A DNA stretch of 64,000 bases from an uncultured Bdellovibrionales bacterium (GTDB taxonomy: Bacteria > Patescibacteriota > Minisyncoccia > Moranbacterales > UBA1568). This document shows, one piece after another, positions 1 to 9,835 of the stretch (position 1 is the first letter of the stretch; the number at the start of each line of letters is the position of its first letter). The position numbers were made by a program, and so were the translations under genes. The stretch spans positions 3,855-67,854 of the forward strand of contig CAZUWR010000001.1 in the NCBI GenBank assembly GCA_964624415.1, read 5' to 3'. Below the pieces are notes generated by a model. That model was given only the letters and a program-made list of their open reading frames with translations, searched no databases and was not told the origin of the DNA.

Positions 1-160
1 GGTGGAGGCGCCAGCTGATCGGGTGGCGTCTTTGGAAAAATACCAAGCACCGTCATACTTAGCAGGGTTTCCAATCGGGACTTTTTGAGGTATCGTGAAG
101 AAGTAGGCAGGAATAGGTTTTCATAGTACGGATTTTCATTCGACGTATAAGGATTTTTTT

Positions 161-1261
161 ATGCAATTCGCTCAACTCGACACAATACCACAGGTCGTCA
201 ACGTGCTCAAGGTGCTTTCCACCGGATTAATCGCTTTCATATTAGCTTTCGCTCTCACGCCATTATGGACGCATATTCTCTACAAATATAAAATCGGCAT
301 CAAGATCAAGAGTACGGATGTGAACGGTGAGAAATTGACCTATGTGAGCCAGTTGCATGCAAGCAAGTCAGGTACGCCGACAATGGGCGGGGTTATCGTG
401 TGGTTTTCCGTGTTCGTTCTGGCCTTCGCGTCACATTTTTTATTCCCCCTTATTGCCGAGTGGACGGGTAATAATGGTTGGGCGCGATTGGATTTTCTCC
501 GTCGTTCGCAGGTATGGCTGCCTTTGTTTGTGTTGGTGATGGGTGGGTTGCTGGGACTGCTCGATGACTGGATGAGCGTGCGCGGTATCGGCAAGAACAA
601 AGGTGGTGGTATGCGTTTCGCGATGCGCTTTTGGTGGCTCATCACCATAGCTTCCGCCGGCGCGTGGTGGTTTTATGCCAAGCTTGATTGGAATATACTC
701 CATATTCCCGGAGTGGGTGATTTTACCATCGGTTGGTGGTATATTCCTTTGTTTATTTTCGTCATCTTGTTTTCAGCGATTTCCTCCAATGAAACAGATG
801 GTTTGGATGGCCTCAATGGTGGCGTACTTTTGATCGCCTTCGCTTCATTCGCTCTCATCGCCTTTGCGCAGAATAAGATGGATCTTGCTTCGTTTTGCGT
901 GGCGACGACCGGGGCGCTCCTGGCCTTTTTGTGGTTCAATATCTATCCGGCGCGGTTTTTTATGGGAGACACCGGGGCGATGGCGCTCGGGACGACGCTG
1001 GGCGTGGTAGCGATGCTCACCAATTCCGTGATTGTGCTTTTCATTATTGTGTTTATCTATGTCTTGGAGTCGGGGAGCGCGGTTATTCAGCTCACCAGTA
1101 AACGGTTTTTCCATAAGAAGGTTTTTCTGGCAGCACCGTTGCACCATCATTTCGAGGCTCTGGGATGGCCAGAGCCCAAGGTGGTGATGCGCGCGTGGAT
1201 ATTTACGATTGTGACCGCGATGATCGGGGTTATTATCGGCATCCTCGGCATGGGTCGCTAG
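161..1261 (+). CDS. mraY: phospho-N-acetylmuramoyl-pentapeptide transferase (MraY/WecA family, GT4)
   Basis: Polytopic membrane protein with DGLDGL and MGDTGAMALG signature motifs of the MraY family. Confidence 0.8.
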   Translation: MQFAQLDTIPQVVNVLKVLSTGLIAFILAFALTPLWTHILYKYKIGIKIKSTDVNGEKLTYVSQLHASKSGTPTMGGVIVWFSVFVLAFASHFLFPLIAEWTGNNGWARLDFLRRSQVWLPLFVLVMGGLLGLLDDWMSVRGIGKNKGGGMRFAMRFWWLITIASAGAWWFYAKLDWNILHIPGVGDFTIGWWYIPLFIFVILFSAISSNETDGLDGLNGGVLLIAFASFALIAFAQNKMDLASFCVATTGALLAFLWFNIYPARFFMGDTGAMALGTTLGVVAMLTNSVIVLFIIVFIYVLESGSAVIQLTSKRFFHKKVFLAAPLHHHFEALGWPEPKVVMRAWIFTIVTAMIGVIIGILGMGR

Positions 1262-1303
1262 AAAGAGGATTCTTCTATTTGGTACATTATTATAAAAATC
1301 TAT

Positions 1304-2359
1304 ATGAAATTACGAAATATCGGAGAGGTTAAAGAAATTGCGGGCAAGAAGATATTGGTGCGGGTGGATTTCAATATCGAGCTTGATGCCGCGCAGAATG
1401 CTGAAGAGCAATTCAAACTCGATGTCGCTAAAAAAACCATAGATTATCTTTTCAAGCGCGGCGCGGCAGCCATTGCTGTGGCGAGTCACTTCGGTCGTCC
1501 GGATGGTAAGCGTGATGAAAAGTTCTCTTTGCAGCCGCTTACGGATGATGCGCAGCGTGCCTTGGGTCGCCCGGTACGGTTCGTCGCCGATTGTCTCGGT
1601 GAGAATGTTGTCAAAGCGCTGGACGCTCTTCCAGTAGGAGAAGTGCTCCTCTTGGAAAACCTTCGTTTTTACGCCGGTGAGGAGGCGAATGATGTCGATT
1701 TCGCTGTTCGGCTTGCTGGACCGTTCGATATGTTCGTCAATGAAGCCTTCAGTGTCTGTCATCGCGCACATGCTTCCGTCGTAGCAATCACGCAGTACCT
1801 TCCCAGCTATGCCGGCTTCCGTTTGATTGAAGAAGTGGCGCAGTTGGAAACGCTGCGTGTCAGTCCGCAGCACCCGGCGGTCGCGATTATCGGGGGTGCC
1901 AAGATCGAAACGAAACTTCCGATTATCAGGATGTTTGAAAAATTATACGATTCAGTGTTGGTGGGTGGTATGATTGCTAATGAGGCAATCGATCAAAAAA
2001 TAGAGTTCGATAGCAATGTCATTTTGCCGCAGGATTTTGTCGGCGAGGGGCGTTTGGATATCGGAGCGAACACTATCGCGCAGTTTGCGGAAGTGATTGC
2101 GACCGCGAAGACTATCGTATGGAATGGCCCGATGGGTAAGTTTGAAGAGAAGCCCTACGATGCCGGTACGCATGGCGTCTTGCAGGCTATTTTGACCAAC
2201 AAGGATGCGCATGTGGTAATCGGCGGCGGAGAATCGCTCGCGGCGGTGGGACGGGAAAATGCCATCGATCGCATTGGTTTCGTGTCCACAGGAGGAGGAG
2301 CGATGCTGGACTTTTTCGGAGGTGTGACGATGCCGGGACTGGATGTATTGAAGGCTTAG
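1304..2359 (+). CDS. pgk: phosphoglycerate kinase
   Basis: VLLLENLRFYAGEE and GGGESL/STGGGA motifs typical of PGK; somewhat short (351 aa). Confidence 0.8.
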   Translation: MKLRNIGEVKEIAGKKILVRVDFNIELDAAQNAEEQFKLDVAKKTIDYLFKRGAAAIAVASHFGRPDGKRDEKFSLQPLTDDAQRALGRPVRFVADCLGENVVKALDALPVGEVLLLENLRFYAGEEANDVDFAVRLAGPFDMFVNEAFSVCHRAHASVVAITQYLPSYAGFRLIEEVAQLETLRVSPQHPAVAIIGGAKIETKLPIIRMFEKLYDSVLVGGMIANEAIDQKIEFDSNVILPQDFVGEGRLDIGANTIAQFAEVIATAKTIVWNGPMGKFEEKPYDAGTHGVLQAILTNKDAHVVIGGGESLAAVGRENAIDRIGFVSTGGGAMLDFFGGVTMPGLDVLKA

Positions 2360-2483
2360 CAGAAGCATTTTCTGTTAATGAACTTGACAAGAGGCTTTTC
2401 TTGATGTATAATGGAAAATCGCCCTGGCAGTGTCTGGAGCGAGTTATTTACCAACAATCACAACTTACCCTAAGGAGGTCATT

Positions 2484-3032
2484 GTGAAAAAATGTGTGAG
2501 AGGAATGCTGATACTTTTGGCATCAGTAAGTTTGATCGGATGTTTTCCGCCGTATGATTTTGAACGCTCGGCCATCGAGAGTTCAAGCCGTTTCGATAAC
2601 AGCTTGATAGTAGATGATTTGGAACGCGAAGCGATGGAGAAGCAAGCTGGTGAAGCGATCATTTATCGCAACGGTGAGTTTGCTTATCAAGTCACACCAT
2701 TGCAAATGCGGTATGACAATCGCACGGGCAAAGTGTGTCGCGATTACCAGACCGATGTCATCTTCCGTGGCGATCAAAAATCCGCAAGGAAAACAGCTTG
2801 CAAGTATAGCGGGCAGTGGTATATCGTCAGTATCGATGGAAGATCCACGATACAGTCACGACCACGGTATGCTGTTGTGCAGAATTGGTATATGAATTAC
2901 GGCTCTCCGGGATTCGGTGTACCGGCATGGGCGCAGGGTTTCGGGTATGTCAGTCCGATGTTCGGCCCCATGTTCGGCGGATATCCCCGTACCGGTTTTG
3001 GAGGCGGGGTATATTTTAACGGACGATGGTGA
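2484..3032 (+). CDS. hypothetical lipoprotein with Gly-rich C-terminus
   Basis: AAGGAGG RBS before GTG start; lipobox-like LLASVSLIGC signal; no recognisable domain. Confidence 0.45.
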   Translation: MKKCVRGMLILLASVSLIGCFPPYDFERSAIESSSRFDNSLIVDDLEREAMEKQAGEAIIYRNGEFAYQVTPLQMRYDNRTGKVCRDYQTDVIFRGDQKSARKTACKYSGQWYIVSIDGRSTIQSRPRYAVVQNWYMNYGSPGFGVPAWAQGFGYVSPMFGPMFGGYPRTGFGGGVYFNGRW

Positions 3033-3192
3033 AGTATATGAGGCGTTTGGATGGAGTGATATTTGCACAAGCAAGTACGCTTTCATTCCAAACGCTTTTT
3101 TCTTTGGCAAAAAACACGCTGTCGTGCGCAAACAAAGTCTTCTACCGATATATATGCTATACTATGACCGTAATATGTTAAGGAGATAATGT

Positions 3193-4458
3193 ATGTCAAA
3201 GGTACAGACGATTGTAGGACGAGAGATCCTTGATTCACGAGGGAACCCGACCGTGGAAGTGGCAGTAACACTGGAAAGCGGCGTGTCCGCGGTGGCGATG
3301 GTGCCCTCCGGAGCCTCGACCGGCGAGTGGGAGGCAGTGGAGCTGCGTGATGGTGATGCCAAACGCTATGGCGGCAAGGGTGTTTTGAACGCCGTGAAGA
3401 ATGTGAATACGGAATTGGCGCAAGCGGTTATCGGTATGGACGCTTCCGAACAACGAGCGATCGATGAGGCGATGATTGCCGTGGATGGAACGGAAAATAA
3501 AGGACGATTGGGTGCTAACGCCATCTTGGGTGTTTCTTTGGCCGTGGCTCGCGCACATGCCCTCGATTCCAAACAAACCCTGTATACCCATATCAATACG
3601 CTGCTGGCAAATGAGAGCAAAGTTGCTTTGCCGGTGCCGATGTTTAATGTCCTCAATGGCGGTATGCACAGTGACTCCGGTCTTGCGATTCAGGAATTTA
3701 AGATTGTGCCGATCGGTATCAAGCCGTACGCTGAGCAGTTGCGTGCCGGGAGCGAAATCTTTCATGCGCTGAAAAAAATCCTCGAAAAGGACGGTTTTGT
3801 AACCAGTGTGGGCGATGAAGGCGGATTCGCGCCAAGACTCCAGAGCAATGCGCAGGCCTTCGAAGTCATCATCCAGGCTATCAAAGCGGCCGGTTATGAG
3901 CCGGGCACACAGGTGGCGCTCGGCATCGATGCAGCAGCCAGCTCTTTTTACAACGATACCGAAGATCAGTATGTGCTCAAGCCCGAAGGTGTGAATATGT
4001 CTCGTGAGAGTCTGATCGCAATGTATCGTGAGTGGATGAGTAAGTACTTCATCATTTCCATCGAGGATGGTCTGCACGAGAATGACTGGGAAGGCTGGGC
4101 TACGATGAAGGAGAAACTGGAGAAGGAAAATGCCGACATAATGCTTATCGGTGATGATCTACTCGTGACCAATCCGAAACGTTTGGCCCGTGCTATCGAG
4201 GAGAAGTCTTGCAATGCGGTGCTTATCAAGCTCAATCAGATCGGTACGCTGAGCGAAACACTTGAGTGTATCCGTATGGCCCAAGCGAACAACTATCGCG
4301 TGGTGGTGTCGCATCGCTCCGGTGAGACAACGGATGATTTTATCGCCGATCTGGCCGCAGGTACCGGCGCCGGCTTCATCAAAACCGGATCGCTGTCCCG
4401 AGGAGAGCGCCTGGCGAAGTACAATCGCTTGCTCGCGATCGAAACGGAAATCGCGTAA
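3193..4458 (+). CDS. eno: enolase
   Basis: Canonical N-terminus IVGREILDSRGNPTVEV and full-length enolase pattern. Confidence 0.95.
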   Translation: MSKVQTIVGREILDSRGNPTVEVAVTLESGVSAVAMVPSGASTGEWEAVELRDGDAKRYGGKGVLNAVKNVNTELAQAVIGMDASEQRAIDEAMIAVDGTENKGRLGANAILGVSLAVARAHALDSKQTLYTHINTLLANESKVALPVPMFNVLNGGMHSDSGLAIQEFKIVPIGIKPYAEQLRAGSEIFHALKKILEKDGFVTSVGDEGGFAPRLQSNAQAFEVIIQAIKAAGYEPGTQVALGIDAAASSFYNDTEDQYVLKPEGVNMSRESLIAMYREWMSKYFIISIEDGLHENDWEGWATMKEKLEKENADIMLIGDDLLVTNPKRLARAIEEKSCNAVLIKLNQIGTLSETLECIRMAQANNYRVVVSHRSGETTDDFIADLAAGTGAGFIKTGSLSRGERLAKYNRLLAIETEIA

Positions 4459-4546
4459 GCATACCGTATCGGAATCGGTTTCGAATAAGACCCGGGAGCA
4501 ACATATGTTCCCGGGTCTTTAGTTATTTCGATGGTTGTAATGCTAG

Positions 4547-5299
4547 TTAATAGCGAGTGCCTTTTGAACGGAGTTGTTGAGTAAAATAAGCGCGTAATTC
4601 GCCATAGGTTTCGATTGTTTTTGGAAATGTTATCCGCAAACTGCATCCCGGGCAGTGCACTATTTTTGATATACCATTTTCATAGCAAAAAATCAATTCG
4701 GAACCGCAGCCATGATTTTTATGAATCCCTAATACTTTCCCTTTTTTTGGCAGAGGATTCTCATCGCGTGTGTGATCAAATATGCCAGGAAGAAATCGAT
4801 CCGGGGGATTGTTCTTGTCCGGAGGAATTTCCGTCAGACAATCGCCCTCGGATGTGATGCGTATGAGTGGTAACGGTTGCGCACGCAGGATCTCTTCTTG
4901 TGTGCGTGATGCCAACACCTCATTGAGATTTTCTGTGCTGGTTTTTCGGGACACATCTGCCAGGATGCTGAACAGGCAATCCAGCCAACCCGTCATCCAT
5001 GCAGCGTTATCTCCTCTTCCGACACGCAGTATTATTTCATCGGAATACCTTGTTTGTGAAGTAAGAACGCGGAAGGGACAATGCGTGTTCACGGTAGCGT
5101 CCTCATAATCATATCCTCGTATTTCATCCATTTTTCCGACTTCGACATGATTCACATCGAAGCCTGCTGATTGCACGACCTCTAGGAGCAATGCCAGTAC
5201 TTCTTTGGAATAGGTATTCCCCTCTGAGGGACGTGTAAAGAATTTCGCGTAAAATTCTGCGAAACGTTTTGCAATATCGGTAACATTTTGAGTGTTCAT
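4547..5299 (-). CDS. hypothetical protein with C-terminal Cys4 zinc-ribbon-like motif
   Basis: GGAGGG RBS 4 nt before ATG (MNTQNV..); C-terminus HGCGSE..CPGC; no known family recognised. Confidence 0.45.
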   Translation of the reverse strand: MNTQNVTDIAKRFAEFYAKFFTRPSEGNTYSKEVLALLLEVVQSAGFDVNHVEVGKMDEIRGYDYEDATVNTHCPFRVLTSQTRYSDEIILRVGRGDNAAWMTGWLDCLFSILADVSRKTSTENLNEVLASRTQEEILRAQPLPLIRITSEGDCLTEIPPDKNNPPDRFLPGIFDHTRDENPLPKKGKVLGIHKNHGCGSELIFCYENGISKIVHCPGCSLRITFPKTIETYGELRAYFTQQLRSKGTRY

Positions 5300-5609
5300 A
5301 TTCCCTCCAAAAGGAATGTAGTTGAAAGAACAAATACGTATCTTGGAAACAAGATAGCTATCAGACTCTAGCATAACAAGGCATATTTGTCCAATTGAAA
5401 GAACCGCCTCGTCCACTTGAGGCGATTTTTGAAGAATGCTATAGTAAAAGCATATCTCGGGTATTTTTTGAGGCAATGTAAGGAAGTCAGTTGTCCTAAA
5501 AAATCAGACAACTAAAATTGGAATGGGAGTGGTAGTGTAGTAAATAAGAAAAACATGAAAGTTTGACACAGCAAGCCGAGAAGTTTCTTATCAAATAAAA
5601 AATAATCGC

Positions 5610-6047
5610 ATGACCTTACATCAACTTCAAAAGATAGGTAACTCCTTAGACTGCCCCGTTGCCATTATTGTAAAAAATGGGAAAATTCTTCATGGTCTCA
5701 GGAATTATACTGAAGACAAGTGGAAAAAAATATCTGTCTGGACGCTTCCGGGAGGTCGATGTGACGAAGGTGAGACATTGGAACAAACTCTTCGCAGGGA
5801 AGTTGAGGAAGAGACCGGTATAACCGAGCTTAAAATTATGGATTATATCGGTGAGACTCCAGGCGCTAAAGAAGGGGATAATGCTTTTATATTTTTTGCA
5901 ACGACTAAACAGGAAGCGATACTTATGGAGCCGGAAAAATTTTCTGAATGGCGATGGGTATCGATTGATGAATACTTGCAAGGAGGCTTGTACAGCTTAA
6001 TGAATCCAGCTGCGCATGTGATGATTAGCAATTACTTAAAGAAATAA
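5610..6047 (+). CDS. NUDIX hydrolase
   Basis: Nudix box GGRCDEGETLEQTLRREVEEETGI. Confidence 0.8.
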   Translation: MTLHQLQKIGNSLDCPVAIIVKNGKILHGLRNYTEDKWKKISVWTLPGGRCDEGETLEQTLRREVEEETGITELKIMDYIGETPGAKEGDNAFIFFATTKQEAILMEPEKFSEWRWVSIDEYLQGGLYSLMNPAAHVMISNYLKK

Positions 6048-6051
6048 CCAT

Positions 6052-7056
6052 ATGTCAAAAATCATTTGTATCGGGTCGGCGTCGAAGGATATCTTCTTTC
6101 CTACGGGAGAGGGGATTTTGATGGACACTCCGGAAGATATCACCGCGCAGAAAAAGGTGGCTTTTGAAGTGGGAGCGAAGTATCAGGTGGAAGATCGTTT
6201 TGAGGCAGTGGGCGGTGTGGCGGCCAACTGCGCGCAGGGCTTGGCGCGTTTGGGGCTGGAAGTGTCGACGTATTCGTGTGTGGGCGATGATCAGATCGGC
6301 GATTGGGTGGTGGAGTCGCTACGCGATGAGCATGTCGGGACGGAGTTGGTTGAGCGAAGGCCAGGCGCGCAGACGGACCTTTCGGCTATTTTGGTGTTCA
6401 CTCAAAACGGCGAACGGACGATTTTTTTCAACCGCGATGCCAATGAGCTCTTGCAAGTAGATGGAGAGAAATTATCGGGTGCGGAGTGGATTTTTGTGAG
6501 TGCACTCAATGGGGCATGGCAGGAGAATCTGCGGACAGCAGTGGCTGCCGCACAAGAAAACAACATCAAGCTCGCCCTCAATCCCGGTCAGCGCAATATG
6601 AAAGACGATGTGGCGACAGTACTTGAAGCGGTGAAGGTAGCGGATGTATTGCTCGTGAATAAAGATGAAGCGATAGAGCTCGTGCTCGGCATGGGACAAG
6701 CTTCTTCGGAAGCCTTGCAGGATGAGTTGTTTCTTATTAAGTCATTGCACGCGTATGGCGCGAAAGTGATCGGGATGACGGACGGTATTCGTGGAGCGTG
6801 GGGCTATGATGGCGAGTGTATCATCTTTGTCGATGTGCTCAGGCAGAAGGCGGTCGATGCGACCGGATCGGGTGATGCGTTCGGGAGCGGATTTTTGGCA
6901 GCGCAGATACAGGGGCTCGGATTAGAGCAATCGCTCCGCTTCGGTATCGTGAATGGTGGCAATGTCGTGCGTTTCTATGGCGCCAAGGAAGGATTGCTTC
7001 ATGCGGATGTTATCGAGGCGCTGGCGCAGCAGGTGAATGTTACGACGCTCTTGTAG
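6052..7056 (+). CDS. PfkB-family carbohydrate kinase (ribokinase-like)
   Basis: C-terminal DATGSGDAFGSGFLAA PfkB signature. Confidence 0.8.
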   Translation: MSKIICIGSASKDIFFPTGEGILMDTPEDITAQKKVAFEVGAKYQVEDRFEAVGGVAANCAQGLARLGLEVSTYSCVGDDQIGDWVVESLRDEHVGTELVERRPGAQTDLSAILVFTQNGERTIFFNRDANELLQVDGEKLSGAEWIFVSALNGAWQENLRTAVAAAQENNIKLALNPGQRNMKDDVATVLEAVKVADVLLVNKDEAIELVLGMGQASSEALQDELFLIKSLHAYGAKVIGMTDGIRGAWGYDGECIIFVDVLRQKAVDATGSGDAFGSGFLAAQIQGLGLEQSLRFGIVNGGNVVRFYGAKEGLLHADVIEALAQQVNVTTLL

Positions 7057-7116
7057 ACGCGTTTTGGTGCTATCAGGCTGGGAATAACCGATTAGAGAGG
7101 CTTTTTTGGTCACTTC

Positions 7117-7145
7117 TTGACAAAATTCGTTTTATGCGCTACACT
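7117..7145 (+). promoter_or_regulatory. sigma70-type promoter (TTGACA-17-TACACT) with long 5'UTR ahead of csp
   Basis: Consensus -35 and near-consensus -10 with 17-nt spacer; ~80-nt leader typical of cold-shock genes. Confidence 0.45.
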
Positions 7146-7223
7146 GTAGAGGTGTATAGACACGAAAACAGAGTCGAGTTTTTAGCCGTTAGTATATAAA
7201 TAAGAAGTTTTAAGGAAAATCGT

Positions 7224-7421
7224 ATGCAAGGAACAATTAAGACGCTCACAGACAAGGGATTTGGTTTCATTTCTCGCGAAGGTGAGACAAAGGATCTTTT
7301 CTTCCACTCTAAGGAGTTGGTAGGAGTAACTTTCGAGGAATTGAAGGTTGGTGATGTGGTTACTTTCGAGTTGGTAGACACCCAGAAGGGTCCTGCCGCA
7401 ACAAACGTATCCCTCGCGTAA
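7224..7421 (+). CDS. cspA: cold-shock protein (CspA family)
   Basis: KGFGFI RNP1 motif and FFH RNP2 motif; 65 aa. Confidence 0.9.
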   Translation: MQGTIKTLTDKGFGFISREGETKDLFFHSKELVGVTFEELKVGDVVTFELVDTQKGPAATNVSLA

Positions 7422-7440
7422 GCTTTTATAGCTTGAGAAA

Positions 7441-7470
7441 AAACACTCCCCTCACGGGGGGTGTTTTTTT
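7441..7470 (+). terminator. rho-independent terminator
   Basis: GC hairpin ACACTCCCC..GGGGGGTGT followed by T7. Confidence 0.6.
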
Positions 7471-7646
7471 GACGCTCATTTTCAAAGAAGCTATACTGAG
7501 AGGAGAAAGACCTTTTGAAAATAAAGTGTATTTCTTTATGAAAAGTATTTTTTCTCAGCCGAGGCGAGTACGCCAATGGCTTAAGAAAAAATCTTTTCAC
7601 AAGAAATACTATTCGAATTGTACGTATCACTAAAATAGTCTCAGCT

Positions 7647-8207
7647 ATGAATGTATCAAAGACAGCAATAGAAGGATTGCTCATTATCGAACCGAAGGCC
7701 TTTGCGGATGATCGGGGGTTTTTTATGGAAGTATATAATCACGATCGGTATGTGGAGGCAGGTATCACCGAACTGTTTGTGCAGGACAATGTCTCGGTGT
7801 CCAAGAAGGGGACACTGCGCGGACTGCATTATCAGGTGCCTCCGTTCGCTCAAGGTAAGCTGGTGCAGGTATTGCGCGGATCGGTACTCGATGTGGCAGT
7901 GGATATCCGAAGCGGCTCACCGACATTCGGGAAATATGTTGCGGTCGAGCTTTCGGCGGAGAACAAAAAACAGTTCTGGATTCCAGCGGGTTTCGCTCAT
8001 GGTTTTGTCGCTTTGGAAGACGAAACGATTTTCAGTTACAAGTGCACCAATCCGTATTCGCCGGAACATGATCGAGGTATTGTGTGGAGTGATTCGGAAA
8101 TCGGTATACAGTGGCCGTTTTCGGTTTCGGAGCTCTTGATTTCCGAGAAAGATGCCGCGCAGCCAAAGCTTAAGGATATCGCACGTGAATTCGTGCAATC
8201 GATTTGA
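7647..8207 (+). CDS. rmlC: dTDP-4-dehydrorhamnose 3,5-epimerase
   Basis: LIIEPKAFADDRGFFMEVYN RmlC N-terminus; cupin pattern. Confidence 0.85.
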   Translation: MNVSKTAIEGLLIIEPKAFADDRGFFMEVYNHDRYVEAGITELFVQDNVSVSKKGTLRGLHYQVPPFAQGKLVQVLRGSVLDVAVDIRSGSPTFGKYVAVELSAENKKQFWIPAGFAHGFVALEDETIFSYKCTNPYSPEHDRGIVWSDSEIGIQWPFSVSELLISEKDAAQPKLKDIAREFVQSI

Positions 8208-8350
8208 TTTTTCTCTGCTGTAATCGCTGGGGTATGCATAAGAAAATAGGGGCAAGAATTTTTCAGAACCACATGCGTACTCGCATCGGTCTTGAAAAAT
8301 TACTTGAACATATTTTCTGACACACTTATACGAATAATAATTGTATTTTT

Positions 8351-9331
8351 ATGAAACTTTTAGTCACGGGCGGAGCGGGATTTATCGGGTCCAATTTCAT
8401 CCACTATATCCTCAAGAAATATCCCGAGTACAGCGTGGTCAATCTGGATGCTTTGACGTATGCAGGCAATCCGGAAAACGTGCGGGAGTGGGAAGGTGAC
8501 CCGCGGTATACTTTCGTTAAGGGGGATATTTGCGATGCAGAGCTTGTGGAAAAATTGGTGCAAGGTGTCGATGCTATCGTACACTTTGCTGCCGAGTCGC
8601 ATGTCGATCGCTCTATCTTGGATGCGCATTCATTCGTGCAGACCAATGTGATTGGAACGCAAACGCTTTTGGATGCCGCTCTGCACAATGACAAGAAGCG
8701 TTTTCATCATGTCTCGACCGACGAGGTCTTCGGTGCGCTCAAACCAGAAGATGAGCCGTTTTCAGAGAAGACACCCTATGACCCGCGCAGCCCGTACAGC
8801 GCTTCGAAGGCCGGATCCGATCATCTGGTGCGGGCGTATTTCCACACCCACGGACTACCGGTGACGATTTCCAATTGTTCCAATAATTATGGCCCGTATC
8901 ATTTTCCGGAAAAGCTGATACCACTGGCAATTACTAATCTAATGGAAGGGAAGCAGGTGCCGGTCTATGGCGACGGGATGCAGGTGCGCGATTGGCTTTT
9001 TGTCGAGGATCACTGCCGTGCCATCGATTTGATCGTGCATCAGGGGGCGCTCGGTGAGACCTACTGTGTGGGTGGGGCATCGGAGCGCGCCAATATCGAT
9101 ATCGTGAAGCAGCTGCTCAAGCTTATGGGCAAGGATGAAACGAGTATTGAGTATGTGACCGACCGGCTCGGGCATGATCGGCGCTATGCTATCGATTTTT
9201 CAAAAATCAAAAAAGAACTCGGATGGGAGCCGACCGTGACCCTCGAAGATGGACTCAAGCAGACCGTTGAGTGGTTTACAGAGAACGAAGGCTGGTGGCA
9301 GCGCATCAAGTCGGGGGAGTATAGAAAATAA
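8351..9331 (+). CDS. rmlB: dTDP-glucose 4,6-dehydratase
   Basis: TGGAGFIGSN Rossmann motif; YSASKAGSD catalytic YxxxK; RmlB-like throughout. Confidence 0.9.
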   Translation: MKLLVTGGAGFIGSNFIHYILKKYPEYSVVNLDALTYAGNPENVREWEGDPRYTFVKGDICDAELVEKLVQGVDAIVHFAAESHVDRSILDAHSFVQTNVIGTQTLLDAALHNDKKRFHHVSTDEVFGALKPEDEPFSEKTPYDPRSPYSASKAGSDHLVRAYFHTHGLPVTISNCSNNYGPYHFPEKLIPLAITNLMEGKQVPVYGDGMQVRDWLFVEDHCRAIDLIVHQGALGETYCVGGASERANIDIVKQLLKLMGKDETSIEYVTDRLGHDRRYAIDFSKIKKELGWEPTVTLEDGLKQTVEWFTENEGWWQRIKSGEYRK

Positions 9332-9340
9332 TGAAATAGT

Positions 9341-9829
9341 ATGCCTGATAAAAATACGGTAGTGTTACTCGAGAAAACATACCAAACAATGGTAAAGAAT
9401 AGCGAAGGAACGAAAATGTTCAACTCTCTTTTTGTTCAAACTAAAGAAACAGGGATGGTTCAGGATATTCTTCAGGACGGAATGTATTCGTGTGCGTTTT
9501 TTGTGAGTACGCTTCTTGTTATGTTTCGTGTTATTGATGAACCTTGCACGACAGTAAACTCATTACAGAAAAAAATTATTCAAGGTAAGCAAAAGTTTTA
9601 CCAAATTTCTCAGCCTGAATGTGGTGATATTGTTTTTTGGGAAGAGATTACTTTTGAGGATGGATCAAAAAACAAGCATGTCGGGCTTGCTCTCAATGCA
9701 CAAGAGGCAGTATCAACCAATTTTAGGGAAAAAAAGGTTTCTAAACATCATATAACCTTTGGAATGGATAAAGAGGGTAATCCAAAAAGAAAGATTATTG
9801 AAATGTATCGGATAAAATTTGAATCATAA
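9341..9829 (+). CDS. hypothetical papain-fold (NlpC/P60- or CHAP-like) protein inserted in rml operon
   Basis: AT-rich ORF between rmlB and rmlD; Cys in GMYSCAFFVS plus GDIVFW..HVGLAL resembles NlpC/P60 Cys-His arrangement. Confidence 0.4.
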   Translation: MPDKNTVVLLEKTYQTMVKNSEGTKMFNSLFVQTKETGMVQDILQDGMYSCAFFVSTLLVMFRVIDEPCTTVNSLQKKIIQGKQKFYQISQPECGDIVFWEEITFEDGSKNKHVGLALNAQEAVSTNFREKKVSKHHITFGMDKEGNPKRKIIEMYRIKFES

Positions 9830-9835
9830 AAGACT

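Noticed and set aside
3235-4077. 280-aa minus-strand ORF
   Set aside because: Antisense shadow ORF inside eno.
7433-7633. 66-aa + ORF between csp and rmlC
   Set aside because: It overlaps the csp terminator hairpin and the rmlC upstream region. It has no RBS, a low-complexity basic product, and is likely non-coding.
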